From Caedibacter taeniospiralis (GTDB lineage Bacteria; Pseudomonadota; Gammaproteobacteria; Francisellales; Francisellaceae): a DNA stretch of 32,000 nt. Shown here one piece after another: positions 27,519 through 32,000 of this stretch. Made by a program: the position numbers and the translations under genes. The notes below the pieces were generated by a model, which saw nothing but the letters and a program-made list of their open reading frames with translations, did no database searches and was not told where the DNA came from. The stretch's first letter is position 1. Every line of letters begins with the position of its first letter. The DNA is taken from NCBI RefSeq assembly GCF_002803295.2, contig NZ_PGGB02000011.1:7246-39245 (forward strand), written 5' to 3'.

Positions 27519-28436
27519 TCAAACGCATAACTCAACCAATAGACTCTCAACCGCAAGCTGCTTATTCACATTAAAATGTTTACCTTCATAGGCTTTAAGC
27601 TTTAGCAATCGTTGATAATATTGATAAATTTCAAGATGATTATATCGCCTTGAAAAGTTTTGAATAAACAATTCCTGGTCCTGATGCGCCAACGATGAAA
27701 CCCCTAATCTAAGATAATATGCGTCGATCACAAAGCTTGTTAGCCAATAAAGCACATCTTTATAATGAGCACTTAGATCAATACTTAAGCCAAGTGGTGA
27801 TAATTCACCTGTTAGTACCCGAATCAGTGCTTTACGCAGCTGCCAGAAATCGTTATCGGTTTTAATTCTATCTACGACCGCAAGCTCATTTCGACTGACT
27901 TGCAAGGCTTTTTCTACATCCTTATAAGACAGCTGATATTTTTTTGCGAGGTAATCCTCTTTCTGTTCATGCTCCAAAACGATGTCAAACACCTGCACAC
28001 GTGAACGCAAGGTCGGCATAATCCATTGCAAATGATTGCTCGTCATCAAAAAATACGTATTCTCTGGGGGTTCTTCAAGGCTCTTAAGCAATGCATTAGC
28101 TGCAGAAATATTAAGCGCTTCCAAGGGGGAAATAATGACGACTTTAGCACTTGAGTGGTAGCTGCTAAGATAAATCTCCTCAAGCATGTCTTTTACCTGA
28201 TCAATTTTAATCTGCCCATGCTCTCCTTTAAGACAAAAGATGCCTGGAGTCAGGGTGAGATCACCCAATTCCTCTTTTTTTACTAATACACAACATATTT
28301 CATGCAGCAGCGTATCAAGCTCCAGATGATCAATATTGTTTAATAAAATACCGTGTGGCAAACGGTTTTGGACAGATGATGCTTTGATCTGATCGATAAA
28401 TGAACGGTAGTATTGACTAAGATCAAAGTCTTGCAT
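27519..28436 (-). CDS. holB: DNA polymerase III subunit delta' (divergent)
   Basis: 305 aa with N-terminal LPHGILL, the box ANALLKSLEEPPENTYFLM and an SRC-like motif LRSRVQVF. The P-loop region is degenerate. Confidence 0.75.
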   Translation of the reverse strand: MQDFDLSQYYRSFIDQIKASSVQNRLPHGILLNNIDHLELDTLLHEICCVLVKKEELGDLTLTPGIFCLKGEHGQIKIDQVKDMLEEIYLSSYHSSAKVVIISPLEALNISAANALLKSLEEPPENTYFLMTSNHLQWIMPTLRSRVQVFDIVLEHEQKEDYLAKKYQLSYKDVEKALQVSRNELAVVDRIKTDNDFWQLRKALIRVLTGELSPLGLSIDLSAHYKDVLYWLTSFVIDAYYLRLGVSSLAHQDQELFIQNFSRRYNHLEIYQYYQRLLKLKAYEGKHFNVNKQLAVESLLVELCV

Positions 28437-28439
28437 TTG

Positions 28440-29438
28440 TTATGGACCAACCCGCTGAAACATTTTAAGTGCACTTTGACACAATGCTGAAATCTTCGAT
28501 TTTTTTATTTTGTACTCAATATGAAACAACCTTGCACCTGAGCGGTATTTATCTAACAGGTAAGCGTCACTCGTTTTAAGCTCATCGACTAAATTAAGTG
28601 CCAAAGCCGATTGCCCAAACCAATACTCTCCAGTGGCAACTTTTTCAATATCCACATGAGGTCGATAATAACTGATGTGCTCTTTAAAAAGCTTGTGCAC
28701 AACTTCCAGCTCCTCCTTGAATTTCTCACGCCCTTCATCGGTATTTTCACCTAATACCGTCAGGGTGCGTTTATATTTACCAGCCGTATGCAGCTCAACA
28801 TCAACACCCTTATCGGTTAATAAACGATGAATATTGGGCAATTGAGCCACCACACCGATTGAGCCTACGATCGCAAACGGGGAGGCGATAATCGTATCAG
28901 CCACAGAAGCCATCATATAGCCACCACTGGCAGCGACCTGATCAATCACAGCAGTCAGTTTTAAATCTGCTGTTTTGATACGCGCAAGTTGCGCAGCGGC
29001 AAGCCCATAACCATTAACTACCCCTCCTGGACTTTCAAGCCTTATGACCACTTCATCGTTCTTTTTAGCAATCTGTAAAATCGCCGTAACCTCTTCTGCC
29101 AGCGCCTCACTTTGTGATGCTTTAATATCCCCATTAAAGTCAATGACAAATAGATTAGCCAACTCATCTGTCTGCGCTTTGTGCATGCGTTTTAATTTTT
29201 CATGATTTGCTTTATGCAGCTTTTTAAACGCACTTTTGCTGAACACTTCACTAGCAAGCTGCTCCTCGCGTTTTTGATACATTTTGTTTAATGACTTAAC
29301 GACGAGTTGCCCCTTTTTACTGGATTTCCCCTTTATCGATAACGCAACGATAAAAGAAAACCCAATAGTAATGGCAACAACGATTGTTACAGCTTCAAGA
29401 ACAAAAAACAAATAGTCAACGGCGTGCGCTGCCCACAT
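28440..29438 (-). CDS. sohB: S49-family inner-membrane peptidase SohB
   Basis: 332 aa with an N-terminal TM helix, the ClpP/crotonase-fold S49 domain (IRLESPGGVV, AASGGYMMA, GSIGVV) and a size typical of SohB. Confidence 0.85.
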   Translation of the reverse strand: MWAAHAVDYLFFVLEAVTIVVAITIGFSFIVALSIKGKSSKKGQLVVKSLNKMYQKREEQLASEVFSKSAFKKLHKANHEKLKRMHKAQTDELANLFVIDFNGDIKASQSEALAEEVTAILQIAKKNDEVVIRLESPGGVVNGYGLAAAQLARIKTADLKLTAVIDQVAASGGYMMASVADTIIASPFAIVGSIGVVAQLPNIHRLLTDKGVDVELHTAGKYKRTLTVLGENTDEGREKFKEELEVVHKLFKEHISYYRPHVDIEKVATGEYWFGQSALALNLVDELKTSDAYLLDKYRSGARLFHIEYKIKKSKISALCQSALKMFQRVGP

Positions 29439-29447
29439 AATAGCTCC

Positions 29448-30062
29448 CTAGTGACGACGGTAAATTTTTTTAATCTGTTTAGGCAAAGTGCGTTGAAACG
29501 ATTCGCGGGCGAAAATACGCTCAGCATATCTGGTGATCTCACCCAGAGATTCATCCAGCGGAATCCCCTGCTCAGGCAACGCATGGAGCAATGCCGCAAG
29601 CGAACAGTCAGCCAGAGTCATTGAATCTGACATAAAGAATTCATTCTCCGAGAATATCGGCTCAATCGCTCTGAAGCTATCAACAAGGGCTATCTTAGCC
29701 TCTTCAACTTTCTTTGTGTCTGCTTCTCCTAGCAAAATAAAATTCAGCAATGAATACCATTCCCGATCAATACGCGTCATCGCAAGACGTGTACGTGCCC
29801 GCTCAACAGGATAATTTGGCAATAAGGAAGGGGAAGGATAACGTTCATCAATATATAACATCACCACTTCAGGCTCATATATGACATAATCCCGCTCTTT
29901 TAATATCGGCAAGGTCACTTCTGGGTTTAACTCCAAAATCATTTCCTTATCCCTTATTTCATCTAATTCGACGACCTTGAAACTCATGCGTTTTTCTTCC
30001 AAGGCAATCCGAGCACTATGCGAATAAGGGCAGTCTTTTTTTATATAGAGTGTGATGTACAT
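29448..30062 (-). CDS. sspA: stringent starvation protein A (GST-fold RNAP-associated protein)
   Basis: It is colinear with E. coli SspA (YSHSARIALEEKRMSF, LNPEVTLPIL, YIDERYPSPSLLPNYPVERARTRLAMTRIDREWYSL). I prefer the ATG at 30060-30062; the ORF-track start at 30083 is a TTG seven codons upstream. Confidence 0.85.
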   Translation of the reverse strand: MYITLYIKKDCPYSHSARIALEEKRMSFKVVELDEIRDKEMILELNPEVTLPILKERDYVIYEPEVVMLYIDERYPSPSLLPNYPVERARTRLAMTRIDREWYSLLNFILLGEADTKKVEEAKIALVDSFRAIEPIFSENEFFMSDSMTLADCSLAALLHALPEQGIPLDESLGEITRYAERIFARESFQRTLPKQIKKIYRRH

Positions 30063-30465
30063 CAAGCAAATATTTCTCAACAAAATGATGAGTCAATGGT
30101 AATGGGTTTGGGATAGTTGGTCAATTGCTTACATCTGAAATTCCTAAATTACATGATAATTTGATCCAAAGGCATGAACATGCGCGCGCCAAAGTTACAA
30201 ACTCCGTGGTGTCAACATTTGCCGTGTTAATCAGGTATGGTCGACTGACATCACCCATATTAACTTTTCATAACATTGCTGTTCATCTATCAAGTCTTGA
30301 ATCTTAATCACTTCGTTATCCCTTTACCTGAGCTATGCTAAGCTTGTGCAAGTTATTGTAACAACTGCAGTATTTATGGGAATTAAACAACTCCGCCATC
30401 ATTTTTTATACCTCACTGAAACACTAAAAGAGCCAAATTGATAGGTCTGATAGGTTCAAATCATT

Positions 30466-31131
30466 TTAAGTCACTATATCAAAGATAGTTTGATTATATG
30501 CATCATTCCAAAAATGCCATTCAAGAACCGTACTCTTATAAAATGCATCCAGCATTAAATAACGCACTTCATCTGATGCAGACAGCGCCACTTCGTCAAA
30601 GATACTTATGGCTCTTTCTACACTATCGCTAAACTCTTGACCAGAATATGTCTCTATCCATTTTTTATAAGGATTTTGAGATTCCATATCGGTGTTTTGG
30701 GCAATAGACTGTCCTACGATTTTATAAACCCAGAAACATGGCAAAACGGAGGCTATTGCAATTTCTACGGGTGCCATGCTGCTTACTTGTAAAAGATAGC
30801 TTGTGTAAGAAAGTATTGCTGGCGTTAGTTTTCCTGTTTCTTGCAGATTAAACGTTTGGCGAAAAAAGCTATGCACAACTTCTTGCTCTGCTATTAATGC
30901 TCCATCTGAGAATGATAGAAAATCTTTTACAAATTTAAGGGGCGCTTTTGAGGCAATAACAGCAAGGCTTCTTGCAAAATCTCTTAAATACAGAGTATCC
31001 TGTTCTATATAATAAGCAAATTTTTCTATATTAAGCGATCCATTTGTGAGCTCTTTATTAAAAGGATGCTCCTTTATCGCCTGAATAATAAACCCACATT
31101 TTTCTAATGCTGTTTCTGATAATTTTGTCAT
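30466..31131 (-). CDS. tenA: aminopyrimidine aminohydrolase / thiaminase II (TenA family)
   Basis: 221 aa, all-helical TenA/PqqC pattern (HPFNKELTNGSLNIEKFAYYIEQDTLYL...PCFWVY...EWHFWNDAY), directly downstream of thiD. Confidence 0.85.
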   Translation of the reverse strand: MTKLSETALEKCGFIIQAIKEHPFNKELTNGSLNIEKFAYYIEQDTLYLRDFARSLAVIASKAPLKFVKDFLSFSDGALIAEQEVVHSFFRQTFNLQETGKLTPAILSYTSYLLQVSSMAPVEIAIASVLPCFWVYKIVGQSIAQNTDMESQNPYKKWIETYSGQEFSDSVERAISIFDEVALSASDEVRYLMLDAFYKSTVLEWHFWNDAYNQTIFDIVT

Positions 31132-31154
31132 TTAGTTTAACCTCAAATTGATTG

Positions 31155-31958
31155 CTATAAATATTTCCATAAATAGTGAAAATGATGCACAGGACCACGT
31201 CCTTTTCCTACGCTCTCATCTTTGCTGTGAATCATCGCAGCATGTAAATACAATTTGGCTCTTGTACATGCAGCTAAAGTAGAAAGACCTTGAGCGATGA
31301 AGCTTGCAATAGCAGCGGACAAAGTACACCCTGTTCCATGAGTATTTTGGGAATTGATGCGTGGTGCAGACAGCATTTCTGAAAGTTTATGCGATAAAAA
31401 TAAATCGTCTGAATTGCAAGACTCTTCATGCCCTCCTTTCAAAAGAACAGCCCCACATCCCAAATCGAGTAACTTTTGTGCCAATATCTTTTTATCATAA
31501 TCTCCTGGCACTAATGTCCTGGCTTCCGGTAAATTAGGGGTAATGATGCTTGCAATCGGTATCAACTTTGTTTTTAAAGCCTTGACAGCATCGGCTTGCA
31601 GAAGAGGATCACCGCTTTTAGCTACCATTACTGGGTCTAGAATTATTGGAATGTCTACGGCATTATTCCGCAAGAAGGCAGTCACTAGCTCTATGACATC
31701 AGTAGAAAATAGCATGCCAATTTTAATCGCATCTGGCCTTATATCATCGAATATGGCTTCAAGTTGCTCTTCTACGCATGATAGCGGGATATCGTAGCAT
31801 GATCTTACACCACATGTGTTTTGTACCGGTATAGCTGTCAGGATAGTCATTCCATAAGATCCTGTTGCCGAAAATGTTTTAAGATCAGCCTGGATTCCAG
31901 CACCACCAGAACCATCAAATCCTGCAATTGATAAGCACTTATATTGTCGAGTAGACAT
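31155..31958 (-). CDS. thiD: hydroxymethylpyrimidine / phosphomethylpyrimidine kinase
   Basis: 267 aa with SIAGFDGSGGAGIQADLKTF, DPVMVAKSG, LLKGGH and GTGCTLSAAIASF. AGGAG lies 8 nt upstream of the ATG at 31956-31958. Confidence 0.92.
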   Translation of the reverse strand: MSTRQYKCLSIAGFDGSGGAGIQADLKTFSATGSYGMTILTAIPVQNTCGVRSCYDIPLSCVEEQLEAIFDDIRPDAIKIGMLFSTDVIELVTAFLRNNAVDIPIILDPVMVAKSGDPLLQADAVKALKTKLIPIASIITPNLPEARTLVPGDYDKKILAQKLLDLGCGAVLLKGGHEESCNSDDLFLSHKLSEMLSAPRINSQNTHGTGCTLSAAIASFIAQGLSTLAACTRAKLYLHAAMIHSKDESVGKGRGPVHHFHYLWKYL

Positions 31959-32000
31959 TTCTGTTTCTCCTATTTATATTTGTTTATATTCAATACAATA

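Noticed and set aside
30134-30147. tctgaaattcctaa (reverse complement ttaggaatttcaga) resembles the Legionella LetA/GacA box TNAGAAATTTCTNA, with 10 of 12 defined positions matching, suggesting an RsmY/RsmZ-type sRNA gene.
   Set aside because: The flanking DNA on either strand lacks the dense array of GGA-in-loop hairpins and the terminator that define Rsm/Csr sRNAs. A 2-mismatch hit to a 14-mer in AT-rich DNA is not compelling.
30125-30307. A 60-aa plus-strand ORF in the tenA-sspA spacer, as a possible small protein.
   Set aside because: It is TTG-initiated, has no SD and no recognisable motif or hydrophobic or charged pattern. It is not supportable as a gene from sequence alone.
30440-30465. 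ggttcaaatc resembles a tRNA T-loop (GGTTCAAATCC).
   Set aside because: The flanking bases cannot form a T-stem (atagg versus cattt). No acceptor, D or anticodon arms can be drawn. No tRNA is present.
1-32000. Window-wide scan for CRISPR arrays, IS elements/transposases, integrases, prophage genes, toxin-antitoxin pairs, rRNA/tRNA and clustered DnaA boxes.
   Set aside because: I found no regularly spaced direct repeats and no transposase or integrase-like ORF in any frame. Only isolated one-mismatch TTATCCACA-like 9-mers occur (for example at 4035-4043). The window is core chromosome apart from the single orphan ATPase gene.

Overview
The window is a chromosomal, mostly housekeeping segment of a moderately AT-rich gammaproteobacterium. 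The taxon is inference only: gene content and protein sequences look Legionellales-like (gacA/letA-uvrC pair, recA-recX with no recognisable SOS box, rbgA/ylqF, sspA). I can support about 31 protein-coding units. In order they are gshB (partial, open at the window edge and absent from the ORF track), erpA, pnp, rpsO, pyrE, uvrC, gacA/letA, rnd, purC, a BamC-like lipoprotein, an MFS transporter next to an MFS gene remnant, recX, recA, smpB, ttcA, rbgA, an orphan AAA+ ATPase (AAA_14/DUF4143-like with a PD-(D/E)xK-like C-terminus), oppFDCBA with oppB broken by a 1-nt frameshift, a second MFS transporter, trmB, nhaA, holB, sohB, sspA, tenA and thiD. I found no rRNA, tRNA, tmRNA, CRISPR array, transposase or integrase. 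There is no convincing multi-gene novel system. The most unusual items are: (i) the AT-rich orphan ATPase/nuclease-like gene between rbgA and the opp operon, flanked by oppositely oriented copies of a short dispersed repeat; (ii) a network of short mosaic repeats and palindromes confined to intergenic DNA, including a perfect 44-bp palindrome and a 21/24-identical 24-mer pair; (iii) a 186-nt element bounded by a perfect 12-bp inverted repeat, with internal stem-loops, in the 350-nt MFS/trmB intergenic region; (iv) signs of gene decay (oppB frameshift, MFS fragment). All repeat comparisons were done by eye and need computational confirmation.
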